Shown here: positions 9,935 through 41,713 of the stretch, in pieces
Numbering within the stretch: the stretch's first letter is position 1
Layout: every line of letters starts with the position of its first letter
DNA from: Ministeria vibrans ATCC 50519
Taxonomy: Eukaryota; Protista; Filasterea
Reading direction: 5' to 3'
Assembly (NCBI GenBank): GCA_943704425.1
Contig: CALSCP010000738.1
Coordinates: 7,697-71,696, forward strand
DNA: 64,000 bases
Notes under the pieces: generated by a model
The model's input: only the letters and a program-made list of their open reading frames with translations
Database searches by the model: none
What the model was told of the DNA's origin: nothing
Translations under genes and position numbers: made by a program

Positions 9935-12900
9935 CGGCCTTGTCGTAGTCCTCAACTTCGAGGGCCGTTTCCATCGCTGCCTCCAGCTGTGCTAGGTCAG
10001 CACGCAGCTCTTCACGGCGTCCCCCATCTTCAACGTCAGTCGCTGCTTCACCTTCTTCTTCTTCCTTTTCTTCTTCTTCTTCTTCTTCTTCTGCTTCTTC
10101 TTCTTCTGCTGCTTCTTCTTCTTCCTCCTTTTCTTCTTCCTCTGCTTCTTCTTCCTTTTTTTCTTCGTCCTCTACTTCTTCAGCGGCAATCTCTTCCGTC
10201 TCCGTTTCCATCTCTTCTTCCTCTTCCCTCTCTACTTCCATCGTCTCCGCTTGCCCCTCTTCGTCACCTTCCGCCGCCGCCTCGTTCGCCGTCTCCTTCT
10301 CCTCCACTGCATCGTCAACCTCCACCGACTCCAGTTCCTTTGTCTCCCAATCGGCTGCAATCGCGCACTCTCGCTTCTGTCGCGACGCCACCTCGAGTGC
10401 CTCGGCCGCAATCACTCGCAGTTCGCCCAGCAGCAACGAAGCAAGCATGAGTCGCCCCTGCTTGCGTCCGGCTAGTCGCTCGCTTGCCAGCTGAGCATGA
10501 AGCGACTCCAGTTCCCCAAGTCGATCCACGTCCACCTGCACCTCGACGCTCGCCAGCTCCTCAGTGGTCGCATTCAGCGACGTGCGTACTCCACTCAGCT
10601 CCTCTTCGTCAGTTGCCAACGTCTTCTCCGCCTCAGAATTGGCCGTCTTCAGTGCCTCCACCTCGTCGCGCACCGTCTTCAGCTCGGTGGCCAGTCTCTT
10701 CGCCTCTTTAAACGCTTTGGCACTCACAGCCAACTGCTTCTCCCGCTCCAACTCGGGAATGCGCTCGCCCAGATCCTGCTCGCGCTTGCGTGCACTCGCC
10801 AGCGCCGCACGACCATCAATCACCTTGGTCGTGAGCGTCTTAAATCGCTCGCGCTCGCCAGCTGCACGCTCCTTCAATGGTCCCAGAGGCGCCACGGCGA
10901 GGCGTCGTGCCTGTTCGCGTGCCGTGGCACTTGCCAAAAACGCGTCCATGTCACTTTGCTGGTACTCGAGGGCGCGCACGGCCGCCTGCGACTCTCGTCG
11001 ACGCTGTTCCACCGTACTCAACACGCTCACCTGAGCCTGTCGCTCTCGCTCGGCGCTCTCCAGCGAACGCGCGAGCAATTCCTCGTCGCGCTTCACCAGC
11101 TCCAACTCTGCCTCGTGCTTGGCCTGCTCCGCGAGCGATCGCTCTCGCTCTGCACCCAGTCTCTCAATATCCTCGCCCAACGTCGTGCGCACCTCATTAA
11201 TCTTTGCGTCTTCCTCGGCAATCGCTTCGGCATACTCCTCCGCGGTGCGTCGCAACACGAGCAGACGAGCCTCAAGCTCGGCAATCTCGCTGCACACCGC
11301 CTGACGCAGCGCCTCGACGCGACTCTTCTCCTTGCGCTCGTCCACCGTGCGCTCCTCAAGCGCCCGCTGAACCTTCTCCTCGTCCGCCGCAATGTGGTCC
11401 AGGTCAAGACGCACGTGCGACAGTGCCTTGTTCACGCGGTCTCGTCGGCCCGTCATTTTGTGTCGTTGATTCGCAAACTCAGTCTCATCACGACGTTTCG
11501 CCTCGCGCAACACACGCGCCTGTTCCTCCTCAATGTCGCGCAATTCTCGATCGAATCGTTGGCGGCCCGTCACTTCCGCGTCGACGTGCTTGGCACGCTC
11601 CTGAAATACCTCTCCGAGCGTCTCCAGCAACGTGCCATCTTGCCCCTGTGCACCCGCCTCACCCAACTCCACCGTCAGCTGATCGATGCGCCCGCCAAGT
11701 TCCTCGGCCAAGTCGTAGTCCTCGCGAGTCGCCGCCTCCTCCTGCTGCTCTCCGAGTCGCACAAGTTCCTCACGCAATCGCATCAGTCGAACATGACGCT
11801 CGACGCGCGCCTCAAACACCGCTGTCTGTCGCGCGTCCAGCTCGCGCGCCGCCTCGGTGTGTCCCACAAGCTGCGCTTCCGCAGACTGAATCTGTAGCAG
11901 CGTTCGCTCGCTGCCTGACAGCTCAATGGTGTACGAGGCGCCAGCTGCCTCGGACGTCACCTCTTGTACTTGCGTCTCAGATTCCACCGCTTCCGAAATG
12001 ACGACACTCTCCGTTTCCATCTCTTCCTCTACAACCGCTGCGTTATGCTCAACGTGTTCCTCGACGCGTTCCTCTTCCTCCTCGCGATCGGTTGCCGTCG
12101 TTGTTGTCACGGCCGGCTCCTCCGCTGCGCTCGCCACGACGGGCTCGGCCTCGGCCTCCACCTGGCGCTCGGATTGCAGTTCCACTGTGGGCTCCACAAG
12201 CGCTTCGTCTTGAACCACGACAGGTAACACATCCTCTTGCTTGGGCTGCTCCACTGTACCACCAGAGTAAAGACGGCGCAATTCCGAGGCGGACAAAGAG
12301 TCATCGGGACGCACGGCGACACTCTCGTCGCCTTGCTGCAGCTGCTGCTGCTGATGTTGTTGTTGTTGTTGTTGTTGTTGCGATACGTCTAGATCGGCGA
12401 GGTCGTCGACCGTCGTACTTGGACTGTCCGTCTCTTCGCGTGCCACATAGCCGGGACGCACAAGCTTCTTGCTCTTCATCTTCTTTTTTTTCCCCGACGA
12501 AGCAGCGAGCACGGACACCGGAGCATACGATGGCGCCGTCCCATTCGTAGACGACTCCCGGGGAGGTGAGGCGGTCTCCGGATCAGCGCTTGCACTGGCA
12601 ATGGGTGTGGAGAGAAAGCCAAAGGAGGAAGGAGTCGGCTCGACGACCGCTTCGTCAGCGTTCCCGTCACCAGCAGACGCTGTGAGAAAGGAGAAGGCGC
12701 TAGCTTCGGTCGGCGCCTCCCCAGAGGTGTCAGTGGGCGACAGGTCATCGGCGGCACTCTCCTCGGTGGCTGTGGCCGAGGCAATAAAGGAGAAACCCGA
12801 CGACGATGATGTTGCGGCCGCTGCTGCTGTTGTCGTTGCCGGCGGTGTGTCGTACATGGACGGCTGTGGGGGCGGCGGGGCCGTCGCTGAGGAAGAAGGG

Positions 12901-13152
12901 GTCGTTTTGACGTCCATCGAAGCAAACAGGGATGGCTCAGGCGTCTTGGGCGTCTGTGATGAGGGAAAGATGTTTTTTTTTTTACTTTTTTTTTTTTGCT
13001 CTTAGCGCAATATTATACTATATTATCTTTCCGATCAAATATTCTCCTCACAGCAGCATACACAAACATACAATGGCGAGCATGTGGCTTACGGGGGCTT
13101 CGGCAGCGGCAGAGGCCGTTGGTTGCGAAAACTTTTTCTTCAACCACGACAT
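9935..13152 (-). CDS. Long acidic coiled-coil protein with UVR-like motifs (exon 1 13152-13093, exon 2 12953-9935; C-terminus missing)
   Basis: Repeated SxFSF motifs in a disordered N-terminus, heptad-rich E/R/A coiled coil, and UVR-like motifs [15 protein letters not shown] and [12 protein letters not shown] donor at 9934. Confidence 0.7.
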
Positions 13153-13490
13153 GAATACAAAACGGAAGGTTTGCGGTGTCGTAGGGCCGGGCGGACGATG
13201 AGAAGAGGAGGGCGATCAAGAGATCAAACAATCACGCTTGAGGGCCGAAACAAAAAAATAAATGAGTAATTATTGAGATATTCCAATTTCCAAGGAGGAG
13301 TGATCGAGTGATACTGATACTCATAAGTGAATGATACATTTAACAATAGAATGTCCCATCCGTCGCCAAAATCTAGGGGACAACTGGACAAGTCATGTAA
13401 TTCACGTGTTTAGCAATGTGGTCTACCGGACCGGCCTGTGGGCTTACATTTAACAACAAAGAACGCGATAACTTTATTACATTGACAGTG

Positions 13491-15417
<1,927 letters not shown>

Positions 15418-15462
15418 TTCGAGATATGTTCAAGAAATTGTGAAAAATACTGTTTATTCATT

Positions 15463-15573
15463 GAAGCCACCCATTTTTAATTTTTAAGAAGCCACCCATT
15501 GCCAAAACTCAAAAGTCCCTATTTCTAGTCCGAACTCACTCAACTCGGTAATCACTAATCAGAAGCCACCCAT
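15463..15573. promoter_or_regulatory. Three exact copies of GAAGCCACCCAT in the divergent katanin/focadhesin intergenic region
   Basis: Copies at 15463, 15488 and 15562 within a ~230 bp head-to-head interval. A partial copy (GAAGCCAC) lies at 21393 upstream of the scramblase gene. Function is inferred. Confidence 0.45.
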
Positions 15574-15648
15574 ACTCAAATCAAGACATTTTATAAAACA
15601 AGCGAACAAACTGAAACCGGTAATTAATCATGATCATAATTTTTATCC

Positions 15649-18600
15649 ATGGAAGACGAACACGTACACGCCAATAACGTCCACGCCGACCCGCTACTAC
15701 GTCGCCAGGTGAACAGCCAGTGGCACCTTTAAAGGATGATACACATACACACCGAGGGATGTCTGACTCGTTCTGCCTTGCGTTGTAGGCAACGCGTCGA
15801 ACAGTCCAAGAGGCGTCGTGCACTTGTCTTGCTGCATCTCGTACGCTCACCGTGCGCGAAATACTCGCCGTTGCGTCGCCCGACTGGCTTCAAAAGGATG
15901 TGCTGGTCCAGATCGCATGCTCACCGGCAACGCCAGCTGCAACGCTTGTCGCTGTGCTGCGAACGCTCGCGGACCGCTTTCCTCAGAGCGGATCCGACAT
16001 CTTGCCACTGCTCGAGCAGACGGACCAGGCCAAGCTGGACGACGCGTGTCACGTCATTGCCGACCTGGCACCCACACGCATCCCCTTCTTTACGCCTTGC
16101 CTCCACGCCATGCTTGTGTCCTCCTCACCACTTGCAATCAACACAGTCGTGCAACTTGTGAATGCACACCACGATTCGAAGGCGCTCGCAGACATTGTTC
16201 GACTCGCCCTGCCATCTTTGCCACTCGACTCGTATGCATCCGCCTCTCGTGCACTCACCTTTGCCCGCTTGTGTCACCCCGACCAAGTGCCATCGCTTCT
16301 TGTGGCATCGCTTCAGGCGGGTGTTGCTTTGTGGCGTCCGCCGTTTAATACGCTCAACAACGACTGGCTCGTGGCCATTGCAGTCCTTCTCATTGATGGC
16401 CCCACCGATTTAGCTCTTGATATTGTTGGGTGTGTCAACGGGGCGCTAAGCAACGAAGCAACACAGCCGCTCAACTGGAACTTGATGCTTTTCCCACTCC
16501 TCTCTCTCGTCTCCTCGACATCCCCATCAACTCTGCACACCAGCGCCACCAACGCTCTTCGTCTGGTTGAAACGCACATCAAGTCTTATCCACCACACGC
16601 GACACCATCGCAACACCTAGTACTCTGCAGTGTTGTTTCTCTCACTGCATCGGCTTCCACCCTCGTCAACGACGAAACCATCGATCTCGTCCCTCAGGCA
16701 ATGCACCTCTTGCGTGCTCATCCCACACTACAGCTGATACTGGCGTGCGCCCGTCAAGATCTTATGCTGCTCCGCACCGTGGCAAACGCTGCGCCCACAC
16801 GCACACCGTCGCTCCTTGCCTTTTTCATGCACCGTCTTGGCACAGTCCCCACGGCTCAGGATCATCTGGAAACCCTGCATGCTCTTGTCGACACGAGTCT
16901 TCACGATCGCTCTCTTGCACCCACACTCGCCTTTCTTAGCCAACTTGCCCAGCAGCCACAAACACCCGAGTTGCGAGCTACCGCCATTGCTCTTATTGAG
17001 CGCCTTTACCTGCTTCACTGGCGCGCCTGGCCTCGCGTCGTGCAGCTCATTGTGAAGACCATTGTGTTGCCGGATTGCTCACCGGACGAACGCATTGCCT
17101 TGGCGCACTTGTTGCTTGCCATTGCTCGTCAGAGTCCCGGCACGCGCGGCCTCCAGGTTTTGCCCCACATTGCGACTCTGGTGCGTGATACCCATCCGAC
17201 TGTGACCGCCATAGCGCTCGAAACGCTTGCGGTGCTTGCGACCAGCGAGGTCATTGATCCGCTCGTCACCTTTGCTACCCTCCGCACCGAGATGTGTCGC
17301 GCTGCGCACACTCACTCACCAACACTGTTTGCTCTGTGTCGTTTTCTCGCCGTGCTTGGCCGTCGTTGTGTCACGACCTCTGCACAGAGCACCGATGCTG
17401 TCGATGCGGCGTCCAGTGCCGACGACGAGCGATCTGCTGAACATACGCGTGTGCTGACCTTGGCTGCGTCGTGGCTGTGGACTGAAGCGTGGACTGTGTC
17501 GCCCGAGTCTCGCCATGCGATTCTGGAGGCTCTTGCCACTTTTGATGTTGCCACTATACTCCATCCGCTGCTGACGCCGCTGCACGACAGTGTACGTCGT
17601 CTTGTCAGCTCTGCTGACGTTCGCGGCTCTTCTTGCGGCGCCATTACATTGGTGAGACGTCTTGTCACCTACGAGATTGAGTCTCTTCCGCGTCGTATGC
17701 TTGTCACTGGCGAAATCCCTCGATCTCTCATCACAGTGCCAGCAGCAGATGTGCCCTCGTCGTCATTGGCGCGTGCTAATTCTCGCACCGGCCAAGTGAC
17801 CTTGGACACGTGGATTAATGACACCCTTGCTCCCATTGTTACGTCGGGTCTTCCTCGTCTGCTTTTGCTTCCCCGTCTCCCACCAATCCTCAACCTCACC
17901 ACGGCCGCCAATCTCCTTGGCGACCTGGTCGAAGAGGTTCGCTTGCCTGTCGACGGCTGGCTAGAACGCAGTTACCTGTACGATGCCTGGTTTCAAGGCG
18001 TCCGCCATGTCTACCTGAGCCTCACCGCAGACCTCGACGTTGAAGAGGACAGCACCGACAACCTCAACACAGCGCGACATCTGCAACAGTCTCTTCTCGC
18101 CGTGCGCATCACCACACCACAGCAGACGGCCAATCAACTCCTGGCTCGCACCGCTCTCGTTTCGTGTGTGGTCACCACCAGTGATCAACTGTCTCATTTC
18201 GACGTGTCCTTGTACGATTCCCTCACTGCTGCTGATCTTACAAGTGATGCCCGTGCGGCCGCGTCCGCGTCGCTCGCCTGTCTTCTTGTGCGCGGTATTC
18301 ATCCCGCACCCACCTTGGCGCATGACCTCCTCCTAGAGCGTATGAGTCACTCCAGCGATCCAAATGACGTTGCTGTGGCCGGCGCTGCCGCTGGTCTGGC
18401 CGCCATACTCAAAAATACTCCCGCCGACACACATGCCTCCGCGTTTCTCGATGCCATTTCACTCGGCATCCAACACGGCCATCCCGCTTGCGCACTCGCC
18501 GTCCTTGGGCCACTCGCACGCACTCATTCGCGTCTCACCAACCAACTCCGTATCGCAGCGGCATCCTCTGATCATGCAGCTCTCACCCTCTGCTGCTCGC

Positions 18601-20045
18601 TGGCGACCAATCCGTTGCCATCGACGCCTCTACAGGATCCCATCATTGCCGCTTTGTGCCTCGGGGTGTCTAGCGGGGTGTCAACGGAAGAGCAGCAACA
18701 GGAGGGCAAGGCAGCTGTGTGCGCGCTGGGCGGTCAACTCTTTCACCTGGTTGCGGCAGGTGCTTCGACGATTCCTGATGCACTGGCCAGGAAGCTTGCT
18801 CACGCCTGCCGTGATGCGCGAGATGCAAGTATTCGTCGTCTGGCGCAGTTTCTTGCCGTCTGGGCGACGCTTGCTGAACCCCAAAATGTCATTGATACGA
18901 CTGCATCGTCGCCCTCTCCGTCCAACCTTCTCAAGTGGTCGCTCTTGCCTTCCTCCCTTTTGCTTCACACCCTCTGTGAGATTATTGCGAAGGGCCCACC
19001 AGACGAGTCGGATGCGGCGCTCACCGCGTTGTCTGCCCCCGTTCGTCTGCCTCCGCTCGACTGGCCACAGCTCCTGCGTACTCGCCTAGCCTCGACTGTC
19101 TCTCCAGCTCTCGTTCTCTTTATTGCGCACGTAGGCAACGGTGCTGGTGGCCTCTCTGCTCCTGTTGCCTGTACCATGACGCGTGATGTATGGCACGCTA
19201 TCTCCGCCGAGTCCACGGACCCTACCTATCGTGTTGCGCTGGTAACCCACCGATTGCCGTTTCTTGTGGACACATGCTTCAATGGCGATGCTGCACTCGT
19301 TGCAACGGATCTTTTGCGCTTTCATCTTGTCTCCTGTGCCCTCGACACGCTCGCTCATGCCACGCCCTCCCCTTCCCTTTCGGCACTTGCTGCGGTGCTC
19401 TACTCCACTCCACTGTCCGACGCTCAGCTTGCCTCATTTGCTCGCTCTGTCCCTCAACTGTACACCCCCGACTGTACCACACCACGCGCGGCCCGCGTGC
19501 TTGCTCATGCAGCCGCCTCGCCCCACGTGAGCAGCGACACGGCGCGCGCCCTCTCACACACTGTCCGCAACTACCTTCTTGCAGCACCCCACGACAACAA
19601 CGACAACGACAACAATCATATCATGCCTCTCGTGCGCCAATTCGCGTCGCGTCTCACCCCACTCGACCGCGAGCACGAGATTGTCGACACGCTTGCACTT
19701 GCCGCGAGTGCGACCCACGCGCATGTCTCTGTGCTCGCCTTACACATTGTCCGTGCACTTTTGGCCAGCGATGACGTTGATGCTGTATCCTCCATCAATC
19801 CAAGGGCTGCCTTTGCCTTTCTTCTTCACGCTCATATCGCCACCGGTTCAACCGACTTTGTCACAAAAGTATGTCTGTCGTTGACTTGTCTGTTTCAGCG
19901 TGTGTTTCCTGATTGTTAATGATGTTGCTTGTAGATGATCCGCCGACTAGTGCTGCTGCGTGCGTGTGACGGGGCCCCTCACGAGTGGGCATCCAGTGCC
20001 CTCAATTGTGTGCGACATTTAAAGATTGTTCAGTCTGTACTATGA
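15649..20045 (+). CDS. FOCAD: Focadhesin/RST1-like ARM/HEAT-repeat protein (exons ~15649-15708, 15789-19868, 19935-20045)
   Basis: Helical-repeat composition. The segment ATAIALIERLY...ERIALAHLLLAIARQSP...AIALETLAVLATSEVID resembles the focadhesin DUF3730 region, and there is an LPPLDW motif near the C-terminus. Splice sites are in frame. Confidence 0.65.
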
Positions 20046-20216
20046 ATGTTTTTTTTGTTGCCTTTTTAATCGTTAGAGAAAATATCAAACAGCAAAGACT
20101 AACGCAAGAAACTACCACCGACATTTAAAGACTGTACTATGAATGTTTTTTGTTGTCTTTTTAATCGTTAGAGAAAATATCAAACAGCAAAGACCAACGC
20201 AAGAAACTACCACCAC
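20013..20216. repeat. Imperfect tandem duplication (~100 bp units) spanning the convergent 3' ends of the focadhesin-like and scramblase genes
   Basis: CGACATTTAAAGA...CTGTACTATGAATG...TTAATCGTTAGAGAAAATATCAAACAGCAAAGACYAACGCAAGAAACTACCACC occurs at 20013 and again at 20119. Confidence 0.9.
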
Positions 20217-21279
20217 CACCCTCGGAGTGGCGCGAGAAGTAGTCAAAGTCAATGGAGACGGCAGCGGCAAGAAGCACCGCCCGCTCATCGTAGCGCAGCA
20301 ACCGCTGACTTAAAAACCGCTCTTCGCTCGTCGCGTGCTCCTCTGGAAGCTCTTCGGGTGCCTCGAGCCACACAGCGTAGCGTCGTGCGTCCGTGAAAAT
20401 CTCCGTGACAAAGCCCGTAAAGTTCTTGTCAACCCGCGCCAGTTCGTGTTGCTCCTCGTCTTCCACCACAAAGTTCCACGATAGAAGTCCACTAAAGTGT
20501 CACAAAGTATGACAGACTCTTCTTGTTTCGACGTGTCTTCTCACTCACCTATCGATTACACCAAACTGAGAGGCTTTCAAGAACAAGTCGTATTTTCTCC
20601 GCCACAGATGCCACCGTTGGTGAACCTGTGAAAAAAAAAATGGTCGAGACGCATTAACACTCCATCGACCATCAGTCAGACTTCCACTTCTTCCTCACCT
20701 CTCCAATGCGCTGTCCTTCTCCATCCTCGACAGTGATTGTGCTATTAATAAAGTAAAAGGGTCGTCGTACGCGAAGCAGAACGTTGCCGGCCAAGTCGAG
20801 AATGTCTGCCTTGAAGGGTCGGCGAAGACGCAGAAGTTGCCGCGAGATGGTCGAGAGCATGCTCGTCTCTTCGGTGATGTAGCCCAGCTGGGTGCCGTCT
20901 TCGCCGTACATCTCGTACACATTCGCCTGCAAAAAGAAACACACGGGGAGGAGAGACGCGCGGGGGCGGCGGTGCGTCAGAGGGGCAGGAGGGCGGCAGA
21001 CGAGAGGGGATGGAGCGCAGCACAGTCTCCTTCGCGAACCTGCTCAAAGCCCAGAATCAGATTGAGCGCCTCGAGACGCCGCTGCACAAGAATGGCTCTG
21101 CGTTCAAAGAGAGCGGCACACGTCGACTCGGACGTGAGCACCGGCGCCGTATCGTCCGGCTTCACTTCAAATATTTGCGTCGACATCAGCCGAGGGGCCA
21201 ACGCGCGAAGGGCATGTACGGGCCGTCCTTGCGCAGGCAGTTGTTTCGAGAGCAATCCAGCTCGTAGCAATCGTAACAT
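20161..21279 (-). CDS. Phospholipid scramblase family protein (AIM25-like), multi-exon
   Basis: ILVQRRLEALNLILGFEQAN, RQLLRLRRPF, RRPFYFINS and ERAVLLAAAVSIDFDYFSRHS. Arg/Leu-rich mitochondrial-type N-terminus. Confidence 0.88.
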
Positions 21280-21502
21280 CAGAAACTATCACTAACGCCT
21301 GTGTGTGTGAAAAGAAAGGAAGTGAATCAAGTGATCAGTCATAATTATAGTCATTAGAGAGTAGAAATTGTACGAGTAACCAAATCCGCTAAGAAGCCAC
21401 ATTTTCCTATTATTTTGACTTCATTGCATTATTTCTTCTCCCTGTGTCACCTTTTCATTTACTCCTATTTACAATAAGAAATTTCACTTCATTTATGTCT
21501 AT

Positions 21503-35036
<13,534 letters not shown>

Positions 35037-35327
35037 TTCAGACCAGTGTTAAAGTAGTCAAAAGAAAAAAAAAGCAAGAGAAAATTGTGAAATAACTAAT
35101 AAAATAATAAAGATAAAATATGTCAAGGCATTACACAAAACAATGAGCAGCACAATACTTCCGCCGTCGACTTCTAGACGAAAATGTACCAAAAATTCCC
35201 AATAAGATCATAAAATCACTGATACGCGCATGAGAAGAATGCACGGAGGCACAGGATTGATTGATTTTTTTCAAAAGTAATTTTTATTCATCACTCATTT
35301 TCATTGTTTCAGTTTGTTCAGTCTGAG

Positions 35328-39112
<3,785 letters not shown>

Positions 39113-39263
39113 CATAAAAGCGATATTCAAAATGATTGTGTTCTTGGTCTAATGAAGAAAGAAGACTAAATATTTTATTGACGTAAATGACAGTTGACTA
39201 TATTTTCTTATCTTTTAGTTTGTTTCATTTTTACCCAGTCTCACTCATACTCCTATTTTTTTA

Positions 39264-41677
39264 ATGAGCGACGACAGCGACGCCATTGAGCTTGGTGATG
39301 GTCTGCTCCTCTGGAAATGGACGTGAGTCATTGCGCTATCACTCACTCACTCTCTCTCTCTCTCTCTCTCTCTAATTGTCTTTTGTGAGCGATGCTTTCG
39401 CGAGGTGCCCAGCACCNNNNNNNNNNAAAAAAAACGCTCCTTCCTCACGCGCACTCGATCGTCATAGCGACCCACTCGCCCCCTGTGCCCTCCTCCGCTG
39501 CCATTCTTTCCCTCTCTGTGTCACGTGACCCCCATGCATCATGCAGACCGACCTGTGCGTTCTCTCTGCGTCTCCTTCCTCCTTCCTTCCTCTCTTCTGA
39601 GTGCGCGTATCTGCGACACATCGCGTTCACTTTCGCCTCTCTCTCTAAATAGCGACGACGATGGCGATGGCCAGCTGCGGTTTCCCCATTACATCAAGAA
39701 CACCATGTTTAAACGGGTGACCTTTACGCTCGATTGCAGCCCATCCAAGAACATTTGGTCAGAAGAAGAGAGTCAGAAGTATCTATTATTTTGACAGCTC
39801 ACCTCTTGTTGGTTTTTTTTTCTCGCAGTCTCGGCGAAGGTATTTATAAGCAAATTACAGTCCTCAATCCGGGCGAGAAGAAGTCCGTTGGTGTCCCCTA
39901 CTCCATGGATCCGTCGAAAACGAGCAAATTGGACACCACCTACTTCTGGAAGGAAGGTAGTCAAAGATGCAATGATATTGCTCGACTGATCAACAGTGCA
40001 TTCGATCTGCACTACAGGCAACCCCGACGAGGCTACCATCAAACGTGAGATCGAGCGAAATTCAGTCAAGATTCGTGATGTGACACGCAAGGCGTCGAAG
40101 CTCAAGGTGTCACGAGTGTACAACGAGCAGGAGCTCCGAAAGGAATGCGCCGAGAACAAGACGAACTTTGTTGACATGAGTTTTTTGCCACGCACCGAGT
40201 CGATCTACTCCAAGACCAACAAGGCAAAGCGCGCCAACGACAACCGAGGAATGGAATCGGTCTGTTTCTCGCGAATAGGCGAGTTCCTCGACGAAGATTT
40301 CACAACCTTTGCTGATCCGATTCTTGCGAGTGACCTTCAACTTGGCGACGAGGGCACCGACTACTGGCTCTTCTCAGCACTTGCTTGCCTTTGTGAGCGA
40401 CCTGACTGGGTACGAGACATGAAAATACAATGTAATGTGTCATTTTTATACGCTTTTTGTGTGTGATTTTCATCAGGTGCACCGACTTTTGCTCGCGTCG
40501 GACGGTGTGGGCACTCAAGTGGTCAACGAGCAGGGAGTCTACCAGGTGTGCATGTACGTGGACGGGCGTCCGCAACGCATCACCGTTGATGACTACATTG
40601 CGACCAAGCCACACGGCGGACCCATCCACATCCACTCGCTTAGCGGCGACAGCTGGTCAATGCTCGTCGAGAAGGCATTTGCCAAGGTCCCCCGGTTGAC
40701 ATCCATTCTGTCACTTTTCTAAAAAAAAAAAAATTGTCTGCGTGGTTTTTTGCTGCGCATGTAGGTATATCGAAGTTACGATGCGCTGTGCTCGGGCGGG
40801 TTTGTGTCGGAGGCGCTTGCTGACCTGACGGGTATGTGTTCGATTCGATCAGTGCTGAGTGATGGGCATGTGAGCCAGAAGATGGAAAAGGGCGTGTGGT
40901 GGGACGAGTTTGCGGCGGCCGTGGGCAACGCGGGCAATCTGGTGGTGGCGTGTACGCAGGGCGAGGAGAAACATGTGGCGGTGGCAGCAGGCGATGCAGG
41001 TGGGCCCGAGCTGCTGTTTGCGCATGGCTATACGGTACTCAAGGCATTACGTGCGGGCAAGAGCGGTGCACGCATTGTGAAGCTGCGCAATCCCTATGTG
41101 TCTGCCTTGTGGAAGGGTGACTATGGCGTGGGCGACGCCGCGTGGGATGCCGAGGGGGTTGCACGCGATGCCGGTGTCAACAAGATGGAAATTCCAACGG
41201 ATCGAACATTTTGGATGGTGCGTTAGGAATACGAATAGGAGGAGATTGACTAACGAACTTTTTTTTTTCAAAGTCGTTGGCGGACTTTTTGAAGCACTTT
41301 GCGAGTGTGACAGTGTGTTCGCTGGAGAGCAAAAAGGGCAAGGCATGGGAGACGTGGCGCAAGCGGATCATGTTTGACGTGCGACCGCGCGCAGAACAGG
41401 GGCATGAGTGGGTGAACGAGAGCGATGAGGCACACAAGAAGGGCACAGGTGGGGGGAGTGCGCCTGGGGAACTGGTGCGTTCTGGGCTGCGTCATGCTAT
41501 TCGCATTGCTGTTCCTGCCGACAGCGAGCCCATTGACATGCTCGTCTCTCTTCAACAGGTTAGCTCGGCGTGTGTGTCGTGTGTAGAATTTTCGATTTAT
41601 AATACTATATTATTATTATTAATTTTATTATTATTATTACTATTTTTATTATTATGTTATTATTATTATGTTATTAC

Positions 41678-41713
<36 letters not shown>

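Noticed and set aside
9351-12917. Single 1188-aa protein as given in the ORF track
   Set aside because: It reads through a (CT)n intron (LSLSLS) and joins two unrelated proteins with incompatible splice phases.
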